Part shown: piece by piece, positions 38,281-48,420 of the stretch | Position numbering within the stretch: the first letter of the stretch is position 1 | How the letters are laid out: each line of letters opens with the position of its first letter | NCBI GenBank assembly: GCA_963834905.1 | Contig: CAWIDR010000037.1 | Location: 93,023 to 157,022 of the forward strand | Length of the DNA stretch: 64,000 nt | Reading direction: 5' to 3' | Source of the DNA: an uncultured Thermoleophilia bacterium | GTDB lineage: Bacteria; Actinomycetota; Thermoleophilia; UBA2241 | The notes under the pieces: generated by a model | Told to the model about the DNA's origin: nothing | Databases searched by the model: none | The model's input: only the letters and a program-made list of their open reading frames with translations | Position numbers and translations under genes: made by a program

Positions 38281-38302
38281 TAATTGACCGGCCGATTAGT
38301 GG
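38277..38302. promoter_or_regulatory. Palindromic operator CCACTAATTGACCGGCCGATTAGTGG between the TetR gene and the AOR gene (site B)
   Basis: Inverted repeat read directly from the sequence. It lies just downstream of a TTGACA(38244-38249)-N17-TGCAAT(38267-38272) promoter-like element. Confidence 0.6.
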
Positions 38303-38373
38303 GCGACATTGTAGCACCGGCCCCCGTGGGAGGACCATGGACCGGGAGTGCCTGCCCCACAGTGAGGAGACTC

Positions 38374-40151
38374 GTGGACTTCTACACCGGACGCGTACTG
38401 CGGCTCGACATGACCGCCCTGACGGCGACGGTCGAGCCGCTCGACGAAGACTGGGCCCGGCTGTACGTCGGCGGCAAGGGCCTCCTGCTCCGCTACCTCT
38501 TCGCCGAGCTCGCGCCGGGCACGGACGCGCTCGCGCCGGAGAACCCGCTTGATCCTCGCGACCGGGCCGTTCGCCGGCACCGCCGTGGCCACCTGTTCGC
38601 GACTCGCCGTCGGCTGCAAGAGCCCGGCGACCGGGACGCTGCTCGACTCCTACGTCGGCGGCTCGTTCGCGCCGGAGCTCAAGTTCGCCGGCTACGACGT
38701 CGTCGTCGTGACCGGCAGGGCGCCGCACCCGGTCCTCGTGCTCGTCGAGGACGACCGGGTGGACTTCCTGCCGGCGGAGGGCCGCTTCTGGGGCCTCGAG
38801 ACGGCGGCCCTCGAACAACTCGTGCGCGAGGAGATGGGCCCGTGGCACAAGGTCCTCTCCACGGGCCCGGCCGGCGAGCAGCTCGTCCCCTTCGCCTGTC
38901 TCTCCACCGACCAGTACCACAAGGCCGGCCGCGGCGGCGCGGGGGCCGTGATGGGCAGCAAGAACCTCAAGGCAGTCGTCGTGCGCGGGACCGGCGCCGT
39001 CACCGTCGGCGACGCGGCAGCGTTCACGCACGACCTGCTGGAGCTGCAGAGCAGCCGCATCCTCACCGCCGACAACGCGTGGACCTACGAGGAGGGCACG
39101 CCGTACCTCGTCGACCTCGTCAACGCGGCCGGGGCGCTGCCGACGCGCAACTGGCGCTCGGGCCAGTTCGAGGGCGCGGACCGCATCGACTCGGCGCAAC
39201 TCCTCGAGGTGCGCACCAAGATCCGCGCCTGCTACGCAGTGCCCGCTCGCCTGCCGGCAGGTCCACCGGTTCGGCGACCACGTCTGCGAGGGGCCGGAGT
39301 TCGAGACGCTCGGGCTCTGCGGCGCCAACTGCGGCGTCGGCGACCTCGCCACGATCGCCGCGTTCAACCGCTCCTGCGACGAGCTGGGCCTCGACACCAT
39401 GTCCACCGGCGCCGTCGTGGCGCTCGCGATGGACCTCTGCGAGAGAGGCGCCGCCGACTACGGCCTCGCCTTCGGCGACGCGTCCGGCTACCTGGCGGCG
39501 CCGGGGCTCATCGCGCGGCGAGAGGGCTGGGGCGCCGAGCTGGCGCTCGGCGCCCGCGACCTCGCCGCGCTCAAGGGCCGGCCCGAACTGGCTCCGCACA
39601 TCAAGGGGCTCGAATTGCCTTCCTACGACCCGCGCGGCACCTTCGGCATGGGCCTCGGCTACGCCACGTCTGACCGCGGCGCCTGCCACATGCGCGCCTT
39701 CACCGCCGCCGACGACATCCTCGGCGGCGAGGCGCCGGCCGATTCTCTCGAGGGCAAGCCGGCGCTCACGGTCGAGCAGCAGGACTTCAGCGCCCTCGCC
39801 TGGACCGGCGTCTGGTGCGCCAACATGTACGTCGACACGGACTTCCTCGGCGTGCACTTCCGGCACCTCTGGGGCCGCGAGACATCGCACGAAGAGCTCA
39901 TGGCGCTCGGCGCACGGATCTGGAACCTGGGACGTCTGCTCAACCTGCGCGAGGGCTTCTCACGTGCGCAGGACCGCTTGCCGGCGATCCTCTCCGTGCC
40001 GCATCCCGACGGCGCGGCGGCCGGCAAGACGGTGAGCGAGGACGAGTTCCGCGTGGCGCTGGACGAGTATTATCGGGTGCGCGGGTGGGACGCCGACGGC
40101 GTGCCCACCGAGGAGACGCTGGCGAAGCTCTCGCTGGACGTCCGGCTCTAG
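38374..40151 (+). CDS. Aldehyde:ferredoxin oxidoreductase (tungsto/molybdopterin AOR family); frameshifts ~38550 and ~39238
   Basis: GAGGAGA RBS then GTG at 38374. YTGRVLRLDMT, YVGGKGLL, LATGPFAGT, SPATG, AGRGGAGAVMGSKNLKAVVV, CPLACRQV (in another frame), EFETLGLCGANCG, LDTMSTG, SDRGACHMRA. Confidence 0.8.
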
Positions 40152-40197
40152 GGGCCGCGGCCCGGCCGGCCGGCGAGCAGCGCAAGAGGGGGGCGCC

Positions 40198-41283
40198 GTG
40201 ACGTCCGTGGACGAGGTGATCAGCCGGCAGACGGCGCTGGGTCCGCGCCGGCTCGACCCGGCGCCCGGCGACGAGACGATGCTCGCCGTGGTGACCACCG
40301 GCAACGGCGGCCTCGACCGGCTCGACTACCGTGAGGTCCGGCGGCCGCGGCCCGGCGCCGGCGAAGTGCTGGTCCGCGTCCTGGCCGCCGGCGTCAACGC
40401 CACCGACGTCAACACCAGGGTCGGCTGGTACGAGGACGGCGGCTGGAACGCGCCGTCGCCGTTCCCCCTCATCCAGGGCACCGACTGTTGCGGCCTCGTC
40501 GCCGAGACCGGGCCCGGGGCCGACGAGGCTCTCGGAGGGCGGCGCGTGCTCGTCCGGCCGTGCATGCGGCCGCACGGATTCGGCTCGCCGGAGACGGTGT
40601 GGCTGGGCTCGGACTTCGACGGCGCCTTCGCCCACTACATGCTGGCGCCGGCCTCCGAGGTGTTCGCGGTGGAGAGCGACCTCAGCGACGCCGAGCTGGG
40701 CATCGTCCCGTGCTCGTTCGGGACTGCCGAGAACATGCTTGCCCGCGCCCGAGTGCGCAGCGGGCAGCACGTCGTCGTCACCGGCGCGTCGGGCGGCGTG
40801 GGGTCGGCGACCGTGCAACTCGCGAGGCTGCGCGGCGCCGAGGTCACCGCGGTGGCCGGCGCCGGCAAGGCGGCTCAGGTGCTCGCGCTGGGGGCCGCGC
40901 GCGTCGTGGATCGCGACGACGACCTGGTCGCCGTGCTGGGCGAGCAGATCGCGGACGTCGTCGTCGACAACGTCTGCGGTCCGGGACTCGGTCGCCTGCT
41001 CGCGCTGCTGCGCCGCGGCGGCGTGTACGCATCGTCCGGCGCCGTCGCCGGCCCCGAGGTCGGCTTCGACAAGCGCACCTTCTACCTGCGCGACCTCACG
41101 CTGCTCGGCTGCACCGCGTGGGACGAACCGGTCTTCCCGGCCCTGCTGGACCGGCTCGAGCGCGACGAGCTGCGGCCGCCCGTGGCCGCGACGTTCCCGC
41201 TCGCGCGCATCGCGGAAGCGCAGACGCAGTTCCTGGAGAAGCGGCACGTAGGCAGCTACGCGCTCGTGCCGCCGGCCGACTAG
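40198..41283 (+). CDS. MDR-family quinone-oxidoreductase/zinc-binding dehydrogenase-like protein (likely start at ATG 40279)
   Basis: GEVLVRVLAAGVNATD, VVVTGASGGVGSATVQLA, GGVYASSG; GroES-like plus Rossmann layout. Confidence 0.75.
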   Translation: MTSVDEVISRQTALGPRRLDPAPGDETMLAVVTTGNGGLDRLDYREVRRPRPGAGEVLVRVLAAGVNATDVNTRVGWYEDGGWNAPSPFPLIQGTDCCGLVAETGPGADEALGGRRVLVRPCMRPHGFGSPETVWLGSDFDGAFAHYMLAPASEVFAVESDLSDAELGIVPCSFGTAENMLARARVRSGQHVVVTGASGGVGSATVQLARLRGAEVTAVAGAGKAAQVLALGAARVVDRDDDLVAVLGEQIADVVVDNVCGPGLGRLLALLRRGGVYASSGAVAGPEVGFDKRTFYLRDLTLLGCTAWDEPVFPALLDRLERDELRPPVAATFPLARIAEAQTQFLEKRHVGSYALVPPAD

Positions 41284-41321
41284 CGCCGGCAGGCCGCGCC
41301 CGGCGCGCACCGCGGCGGCGG

Positions 41322-43070
41322 TCAGGCCGTCAGACCGCCCGCGCCGCGCTCGTGCTCGAGCCGTACATCGCGCACCGGCGACCGCGCCGCGTCCGCCGCG
41401 GCGTCGTCCAGCATCGCCTGCGCCGCGCTCTCGGCGTCGAGTCGCGAGCGGTAGTGCTGGATCTCGTGGTCGATCGTCGCCTCGTCCCACTCCAGCACCA
41501 GCGCCATGAGCCGCGCGACGTCGTCGACGGCGCGGCGGCCGCGGTCCTGCTCCTCGAAGGCGATGTGCGTGCGGCGCGTGAGGACGTCGTCCACGTGCAG
41601 CGCCGCCTCGTGCAGCACCGCGTACTGGACCTCGGCGGCCAGGTAGGTGTCCGCGCCGTCCAGAGCGGCAGAGAGCGCCTGGTCCTCGACGATCAGGTCC
41701 AGCACCCGCAGAGCCATCGTCCCGTACCGCCCCGCGAGGTGGTCCAGCTGCAGCTGCGAGAGGCCGGCGGCGCCTGGATGGAGGCGTGCCCGCCGTCCGG
41801 CTTCAGCCGACCCGACGGCGCCGAGCAGCGGCAGATCCTCGGTGTGGCTCGCCGGGATCGGGAAGGGCAGATCGCGCGCGGCGACGTCAACGGCGTCGCG
41901 CGCCATGATGCGGTAGGTCGTGTACTTGCCGCCGGCGATGCTCACGAGCCCCGGCGCGCTGCGCCGCACGACGTGCTCGCGAGAGATGGTCGCCGTGTCG
42001 GCCGACCCCTCGGCGACGAGCGGGCGCAGCCCGACGTACACGCCGGTGATGTCCTCGATCGTCAGCGGCGTGCGCAGGACGGTGTTGGCGTGCCCGAGGA
42101 GGTAGTCGATGTCGGCGCGGCTTGCGGAGGGGTGATCGAGACCGAACTCCCACGGCGTGTCCGTGGTACCGATGATCCAGTGCGTCCCCCACGGCAGGAC
42201 GAACAGGACGCTCTTCTCGGTGGGCAGGATCAGCGCCAGATCCGAGTCGATGCGGTCCCGCGGCACGACGATGTGGACGCCCTTGGAGGGACTCACCGGC
42301 AGCGGAGACGCGATGCCGGCGAGACGCTCCATCTCGGTGGTCCAGATGCCGGTGGCGTTGACGGTCACGCGCGCGCGCACGTCGAACTCTGCGTCGCCCT
42401 CGAGATCGCGCGCGTGCACGCCGGCGACGGCGGCGCCGTCGTGGAGGAAGCCCGTCACCTCGACGGCCGGGACGCAGCAGGCCCCCTGGGCCGAGGCCGT
42501 CCCGGCCAGGGTGACGGCGAAGCGCGCGTCGTCCACCTGCGCGTCGTAGTAACGGATGCCGCCGGTGACCGCGTCCGCCCTGAGGGAGGGCACCGCGCGC
42601 AGGCAAGCAGCGTGCGAGAGGTGCCGATGCCGCGGCATGGCGGGATGGAGGCCGGCCAGGGAATCGTAGAGCAGCAGGCCGGCGCCCATGTAGGCGCGGT
42701 CCTTCAGCCCGTGCTCCAGAGGCAGCAGGAAGGGCGTCGGATGCACGAGGTGCGGCGCCAGGCGTTCGGCGAGCAGGCGCCGCTCGTGCAGCGCTTCGCG
42801 GACCAGGCCGAGGTCGAAGCGCTCCAGATAGCGCAGGCCGCCGTGGATGAGCTTGCTGGACCGGCTGGACGTCCCTGCGGCGAAGTCACGCTTCTCGATC
42901 AGCGCGACCGAGAGACCGCGGCTCGCGGCGTCGAGCGCGACACCGCAGCCGGTGACGCCTCCGCCGATGACCAGTACGTCGAAGAGCTCGGCGCCGAGCC
43001 GCTCGAGCTGGCGGCCACGGGCGTCCCACGGAGAACGGCAGCTGAGTCCGCCCACCTGTCGCTTGGCCAT
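41322..43070 (-). CDS. glpD: FAD-dependent glycerol-3-phosphate dehydrogenase
   Basis: FDVLVIGGGVTGCGVALDAASRG, DFAAGTSSRSSKLIHGGLRYLE, and a C-terminal GlpD-type helical domain. Confidence 0.8.
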   Translation of the reverse strand: MAKRQVGGLSCRSPWDARGRQLERLGAELFDVLVIGGGVTGCGVALDAASRGLSVALIEKRDFAAGTSSRSSKLIHGGLRYLERFDLGLVREALHERRLLAERLAPHLVHPTPFLLPLEHGLKDRAYMGAGLLLYDSLAGLHPAMPRHRHLSHAACLRAVPSLRADAVTGGIRYYDAQVDDARFAVTLAGTASAQGACCVPAVEVTGFLHDGAAVAGVHARDLEGDAEFDVRARVTVNATGIWTTEMERLAGIASPLPVSPSKGVHIVVPRDRIDSDLALILPTEKSVLFVLPWGTHWIIGTTDTPWEFGLDHPSASRADIDYLLGHANTVLRTPLTIEDITGVYVGLRPLVAEGSADTATISREHVVRRSAPGLVSIAGGKYTTYRIMARDAVDVAARDLPFPIPASHTEDLPLLGAVGSAEAGRRARLHPGAAGLSQLQLDHLAGRYGTMALRVLDLIVEDQALSAALDGADTYLAAEVQYAVLHEAALHVDDVLTRRTHIAFEEQDRGRRAVDDVARLMALVLEWDEATIDHEIQHYRSRLDAESAAQAMLDDAAADAARSPVRDVRLEHERGAGGLTA

Positions 43071-43092
43071 CAGTCGCTCCTCGCCTCGTCTT

Positions 43093-43123
43093 TGGTACAT
43101 ACCAGTCCGTCTGGTATGTACCA
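43093..43123. promoter_or_regulatory. Perfect 13-bp inverted repeat TGGTACATACCAG-N5-CTGGTATGTACCA in the glpD / FAD-oxidoreductase divergent region (HutC/GntR-type operator pair)
   Basis: Read directly from the sequence. The same 12-mer TGGTACATACCA recurs at 45417-45428, 10 nt upstream of the GntR gene start. Confidence 0.55.
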
Positions 43124-43189
43124 TGACCGCTGTGCCATACTCTGTCAAGACGGATGGCACGACGGCGCCTCGCGCCATGGGAGAACTCG

Positions 43190-44548
43190 ATGAGCCACAT
43201 CGCTGAGGCGGCGAAGACCACGCCGGTCATGCACGAGACGGAAGTGCTCGTGGTGGGCGGCGGACCCGGCGGCCTCGCCGCCGCCCTCGCCGCCGCCAGG
43301 GCCGGCGCCCAGACCACCCTCGTCGACCGCTACGGCTGCTTCGGCGGCGTCATCACGCAGGTCGGGGTCGACACCATCGCCTGGTACCGGCACGAAGCGA
43401 CCGTGGACCTGGAGGGCATCGGCATCGAGTTCGAGCGCCGCGCCGAAGAGATGGGCGGCACGGCGCCGGACGTCCAGTCCCGCAGCCAGGCGCTGGACTC
43501 CGAGCTCTTCAAGGTCGTCGCCGACCGGCTGGTCGAGGAAGCCGGCGTCGAGCCGCTCCTCCACTGCCTCGTCACCGAGCCCATCGTCGAGGGCGGCCTG
43601 GTGAAGGGAGTCGTCACCGAGAGCAAGTCGGGCCGCCGGGCGATCCGGGCGCAGCGCGTCGTGGACGCCACCGGCGACGCGGACGTCGCCTTCCGGGCGG
43701 GGGCGCCCTGCCACACCCACCCGCGCGGCTCGGTGATGGGCGTCACCGTCATGTTCTCCTGCTCGGGCGTCGACAAGGCGCGCTTTCTCGACCACGTCGC
43801 GGAGAGCGCTCCCACCTACGGCGACTGGGGCAAGTGCTGGAGCGTCAAGACGGAGGGCAAGGAGGACCACCTCTTCAGCCCCTACCTGCAGGAGCCGTTC
43901 GACCGGGCGCGCCGCGATGGTCTCATCCCGGAGGAGATCCGCAGCATCGGTGGGACGTGGGGACGCATCACCGACGCCGGCGAGGCGATGTCGCTGAACA
44001 TGGTCGTGATGGCCGGCTACGACTGCACGGACGTGCGCGATCTCACGCGCGCGGAGATCGAGGGGCGCCGCCAGGCGCTGCTCGCCATCGAGGCGCTGCG
44101 CCGCTATACCCCGGGCTTCGAGAACGCGCGTCTGCGCGCGTTCGGGTCCACGCTGGGGACCCGCGACTCGCGCAAGATCATCGGCCGCTACGAGCTGACC
44201 GGCGACGACGTGCGCGGCGAGGCGCGGTTCGACGACTCGATCGGCATCTTCCCCGAGTTCCTGGACGGCTACGGCGTGCTGGTCATCCCGACGACGGGCC
44301 GCTACTTCCAGCTGCCCTACGGCATCCTCGTCCCGCAGCAGGTGGACGACCTTCTGGTCGCCGGGCGCTGTGTGGCCGGCGACAAGATCTCGCACGCGGC
44401 GACGCGCAACCAGATGTGCTGTGCGGTGACGGGGCAGGCCGCCGGCGCGGCGGCCGCCGTCTCGCTCAGGGACGGCCGCACCACGGCCGAGGTGGACGTC
44501 GCGAAGGTGCAGGCGGAGCTGCGGCGCCAGGGTGCGCGGCTGGACTGA
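43190..44548 (+). CDS. FAD-dependent oxidoreductase (FAD_oxidored/GidA-like fold, unassigned substrate)
   Basis: EVLVVGGGPGGLAAALAAARAG, VVDATGDADVA, LLVAGRCVAGD. Confidence 0.65.
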   Translation: MSHIAEAAKTTPVMHETEVLVVGGGPGGLAAALAAARAGAQTTLVDRYGCFGGVITQVGVDTIAWYRHEATVDLEGIGIEFERRAEEMGGTAPDVQSRSQALDSELFKVVADRLVEEAGVEPLLHCLVTEPIVEGGLVKGVVTESKSGRRAIRAQRVVDATGDADVAFRAGAPCHTHPRGSVMGVTVMFSCSGVDKARFLDHVAESAPTYGDWGKCWSVKTEGKEDHLFSPYLQEPFDRARRDGLIPEEIRSIGGTWGRITDAGEAMSLNMVVMAGYDCTDVRDLTRAEIEGRRQALLAIEALRRYTPGFENARLRAFGSTLGTRDSRKIIGRYELTGDDVRGEARFDDSIGIFPEFLDGYGVLVIPTTGRYFQLPYGILVPQQVDDLLVAGRCVAGDKISHAATRNQMCCAVTGQAAGAAAAVSLRDGRTTAEVDVAKVQAELRRQGARLD

Positions 44549-44581
44549 CGGCCGGCGAGGCTGCGCCGGCCGGCCCCGCTT

Positions 44582-45407
44582 CTAGGGCTCCACGCCCTCC
44601 ACGGGAGCGCTGACCTCGAACTCCGTGCGGTCGGCGCGGTAGACGTCGCGCGCGAGCTCCACGACGCCCCCCTCGCGTGTCGTACACGGTGCGCGTGAGG
44701 ACGATCGCGGGGCTGCCGGCCTTGACGCCGAGCGCCTCCGCCTCGAAGCGGTCGAGGGTCACGGCCACGAAGCGCGCGTCCGCGCGCGCGGGGAACACGT
44801 CGTAGCGCGCGCGCAGGAGCTCCCAGAGCGAGCCGGCGAGGTCGTGGTCGAGCAGGTCCGGGAACCTCGCCTCCGAGAGCTGGATGATCTCGATCGCGAT
44901 CGGCTCTCCCCCGGCCGTGCGCAGGCGCTGCAGCGCGTGCACCCGGCCGCCGGACGGCACGCCGAGCAGGCCGGCGGTCACGGCGTCGGGGTCGACGGTG
45001 GCCGCCGAGAGCACCTCGGTGCCCGGCGTGCGGTCGGCCTCGGTCATATTGCGCGTGAAGCTGCCGACGCTGAAGCGCAGGCGCGGCTCCGCGACGAAGG
45101 TGCCGCGCCGGGGATGCCGGTAGAGATAGCCCTCCAGGGTCAGCGTCTCGAGGGCATGCCGGGCGGTCATGCGGCTGACCTCGTAGCGCTCGCTGAGGAC
45201 GCGCTCGGAGGGGACCGGTCCGTGAGCGCTCAGATGCCCGGCCTCTATCTGGTCGCGCAGGAGCGCCGCGAGCCACAGATACAGCGGGCTCGTGCGCTCC
45301 GGCGTGCGCCGCGCGTTCGCCACCGTCACCCCCTGGCTGGTAGGTCGAGTCCCGGCCTGCCGAACGGCCGGCAGAGCGTTGCCGTCCGGTGCCGCCAAGG
45401 TTACCAT
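44582..45407 (-). CDS. GntR-family regulator, HutC subfamily (UTRA effector domain); frameshift in a G7 run ~44683
   Basis: PLYLWLAALLRDQIEAGHL..PSERVLSERYEVSRMTARHALETLTLEGYL wHTH. The UTRA-like C-terminal half ends ..YRADRTEFEVSAPVEGVEP* after frame correction. Confidence 0.75.
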
Positions 45408-45416
45408 AGGGCCGCG

Positions 45417-45428
45417 TGGTACATACCA
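45417..45428. promoter_or_regulatory. TGGTACATACCA box immediately upstream of the GntR/HutC gene (probable autoregulatory site)
   Basis: Identical to the half-sites at 43093-43123. Confidence 0.5.
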
Positions 45429-45565
45429 GAGAGCGGCCAGCCGCGCGCCGGTCGCTTCTCACGGGAGCGTCAACGCATATCTGTCGGCAGAACGTGCTGG
45501 GGCAGCATGGAATGCCGTCAAGCGGCCATCATGGCGAATATCTGCACTGTCACAGGGGGGGCAGC

Positions 45566-45587
45566 GACTAACTGACCGGTCAATTCC
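45566..45587. promoter_or_regulatory. Third, weaker copy of the operator (GACTAACTGACCGGTCAATTCC) abutting the ABC-transporter promoter (site C)
   Basis: The core TGACCGGTCA is a perfect palindrome. It is followed by TTGCCA(45591-45596)-N17-TATGGT(45614-45619). Confidence 0.45.
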
Positions 45588-45706
45588 GTCTTGCCATCGG
45601 CGCCAAGCGTGTGTATGGTGACCCGGATGTGTCGGGGGCGGCCCATCAGCCGGGCCATCGCCAGAATCCGTGTGTTCCACAAGAAATCGCGTCAGGGGGA
45701 TTGCGA

Positions 45707-47393
45707 ATGGCAACCGATGAGTTCAAGAGAGAGTACGGCCAGCATCTGGTCGATCAGGTCCTCAAGGGGCAGATGACCAGGCGTCAGCTTCTGGTCCGCG
45801 CGTCGGTCTTCGGCTTCTCGATGACGGCCGCCGGCAGCCTGCTCGCGGCCTGCGGCGGCACCAGCAGCTCCACGAGCTCGCCGGCCGCCAGTGGCAGCTC
45901 CATGCCGGCGCCGGTCATGGGCGGAACGCTCACCGGCATCATCCCGCCGTCGATCACCGACGTGGACCCGGTCACGATCTACGACCAGGGCGGCATCGTC
46001 CTCGTCCAGCAGGTCTGCGAGTACCTCATCGCGCTCGACAACACCAACGGCCTCAAGCCGAGCCTGGCCGAGAAGTGGGAGCCCAACAACGACGCCTCGG
46101 TGTGGACCTTCACGCTGCGCCAGGGCGTCACGTTCAACGACGGCAGCCCGATGGAGGCCGCCGACGTCGTCGCCAGCCTCGAGCGCGTCGTCGACCCCAA
46201 GAGCGGGTCCGGCGCCCTCGCCGCCCTCCAGGGCATCCTTTCGCCCGGCGGCACCAAGGCCGTCGACACCTACACGGTCGAGTGCTCGCTGGACAAGCCG
46301 TTCGCCGACTTCCCGTACCTGGTCTGCCAGTCCTCGTACAACACGGTCATCCTGCCGCGCAACTACAACGGCGACTTCGTGAAGAACCCGGTCGGCACCG
46401 GCCCCTTCATGCTCAAGTCGTACAACGCAAAGCAGTAAGGCCGTCATGGTCAAGAACCCCACCTACTGGGGCAAGGACGCTCAGGGCAATCAGCTCCCGT
46501 ACCTCGATCAGGTCACCTGGGTCATGGTCCAGGACGAGTCGGCCGCCAACCTGCAGCTGCAGTCCGGCGCCGTCGACTTCCAGCCGCAGACCGTGTTCCA
46601 GGGGTCGCAGGCCCTGTTCGCCGACCCGAACCTCCGCGTGGACATCTATCCCGGCTCCGGCATCCGCGAGGTCGCCTTCAACCTCCAGAAGGACCCGTGG
46701 AAGACGGCCCCCAAGGAACTTCGTCAGGCCGTCGCCTACTGCCTCGACCGGCCGGCGATCAACACGGCGCTCTACGACAGCCGCAGCAACCTCGGCTACG
46801 ACACCTTCTGGGAGCCGACGGTGTTCCCGGGCAGCCCCACGCCGCCTGAGCGCGCGCAGGACTACGCCAAGGCCAAGCAGCTGCTCACGACCGCCGGCTT
46901 CGAGGGCGGCACGACGATCGAGCTGACCGTCGCCAAGTACCTCGAGAACCCGCAGCTCGCCCAGCTCATCCAGGAGCAGTGCAAGCCGGCCAACATCACG
47001 GTCAACATCAACCAGATCAGCTACGACGCCTTCTACGCGGGCACCGAGACCACCACGCCGTGGCTCAACGCGCCGATGGTCATCGTCGAGTGGGGCAGCC
47101 GGCCCACGCCGGGCGTCTTCGCCCAGGCCATGCTCATGCCGGGCGTCCCTTGGAGCTCCTCGCACTGGGACAACCAGGAGTTCGCCACCACGTTCAACAG
47201 CTACATGGCGACCGCGGACGAGACCAAGCGCACCGAGTACGCGACGAAGCTGTCGCAGATCCAGCAGGACGATACGCCGATCATGGTGCCCTTCTACATC
47301 ACGCAGCTGCGCACGCAGAAGAAGAACGTGTACGGCATCCAGGGCCCCGGCAACTTCTACTGCATCATGTCCGAAGCCTTCATGGCCGCGTAG
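45707..47393 (+). CDS. ABC transporter substrate-binding protein, family 5 (peptide/opine/nickel type), Tat/lipoprotein signal; frameshift ~46430
   Basis: MTRRQLLVRASVFG..LLAACGG lipobox; LAEKWEPNNDASVWTFTLRQGVTFNDG, NPVGTGPFMLKSY, VKNPTYWG. Confidence 0.8.
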
Positions 47394-47472
47394 TGACAGG
47401 TTCTTGCCCGTCAGCTGGACTGTCCTGATCCGGTCCTTGACTGCTTTGAGTGGACTGACGTAGGGTCCCGGG

Positions 47473-48420
47473 ATGCTGCGCCTCATAGGACGCCGGTTGC
47501 TCCTCATGGTGCCGACGCTGATTCTCGCGTCGATGCTGATCTTCGCACTCGCGGAGGTGCTGCCCGGCGACGTGGGACGCTCCATCCTGGGGCCCTACGC
47601 CACTCAGGAACAGGTCGCCATCCTCAACCACCAACTCGGCTCCGACCGGCCCCTCTACGAGCGCTATCTCAGCTGGGCCGGCAACTTCGTCACCGGCGAC
47701 TGGGGCGAGTCCCCGCTCCTGAGGATCCCTGTCTTCCCTACGGTGATGAAGGCGCTCGGCAACTCGCTCGTGCTCGCCGGGTTCGCCCTGGTCATCATCG
47801 TGCCCACCTCGATCTTATTGGGCGTCTTCGCCGGCCTTCGACGAGACAGCCTCATCGACCGGACCATCACGATCACGAGCCTGTCGATGACCGTGATCCC
47901 CGAGTTCGTGAGCGGCGTCGTGCTGCTGTACGTCTTCGCCGTCTGGCTCAGGTGGCTGCCTGTCACTGCCCTGCCACCGGAGGGTTCGCCGTTCTACGAG
48001 CGGCTGTACTACCTCATCCTGCCCGCCATCCCGCTCATGTTCCTCGAGCTCGGCTACATCGCCCGCATGGCCCGCGTCGGCACCGTCCAGGTGTTGGCGA
48101 TGCCGTACATCCGCACCGCCGTCCTCAAGGGTCTTCCGCGGCGGCGCGTCATCTTCGGGCACGTGCTGCGCAACGCGATGGTGCCCACGGTCACGGTCAT
48201 CGGCAGCCAGGTCGGCTGGCTCATCGGCGGCCTCGTCGTCATCGAGACGCTGTTCGTCTACCCGGGCATCGGCAAACTCATGGTCGACGCCGCCCAGACC
48301 CACGACATCCCCATGCTGGAGGCGTCGGTCCTCATGGTGGCCGTCATCTACATGTTCGCCAACCTCGTCGCCGACATCATCGTGGCCCTGCTCAACCCGC
48401 GCATCCGGAAGGGTGGCTGA
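47473..48420 (+). CDS. ABC transporter permease (DppB/OppB-like)
   Basis: MLRLIGRRLLLMVPTLILASMLIF, and a YIRTAVLKGLPRRRV EAA-loop region. Confidence 0.85.
   Translation: MLRLIGRRLLLMVPTLILASMLIFALAEVLPGDVGRSILGPYATQEQVAILNHQLGSDRPLYERYLSWAGNFVTGDWGESPLLRIPVFPTVMKALGNSLVLAGFALVIIVPTSILLGVFAGLRRDSLIDRTITITSLSMTVIPEFVSGVVLLYVFAVWLRWLPVTALPPEGSPFYERLYYLILPAIPLMFLELGYIARMARVGTVQVLAMPYIRTAVLKGLPRRRVIFGHVLRNAMVPTVTVIGSQVGWLIGGLVVIETLFVYPGIGKLMVDAAQTHDIPMLEASVLMVAVIYMFANLVADIIVALLNPRIRKGG

Noticed and set aside
38231-38370. Riboswitch-like strings upstream of the AOR gene: GGGAA..GGGTTTGACAACCC..GCCACTGT recalls the cobalamin riboswitch core, and CCTCCGGCC recalls the Moco motif.
   Set aside because: The segment is too short and lacks the full set of paired elements and the B12-box. 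The same bases are better explained as a TTGACA-N17-TGCAAT promoter plus the palindromic operator. Only a covariance-model scan (Rfam RF00174, RF01055) could settle it.
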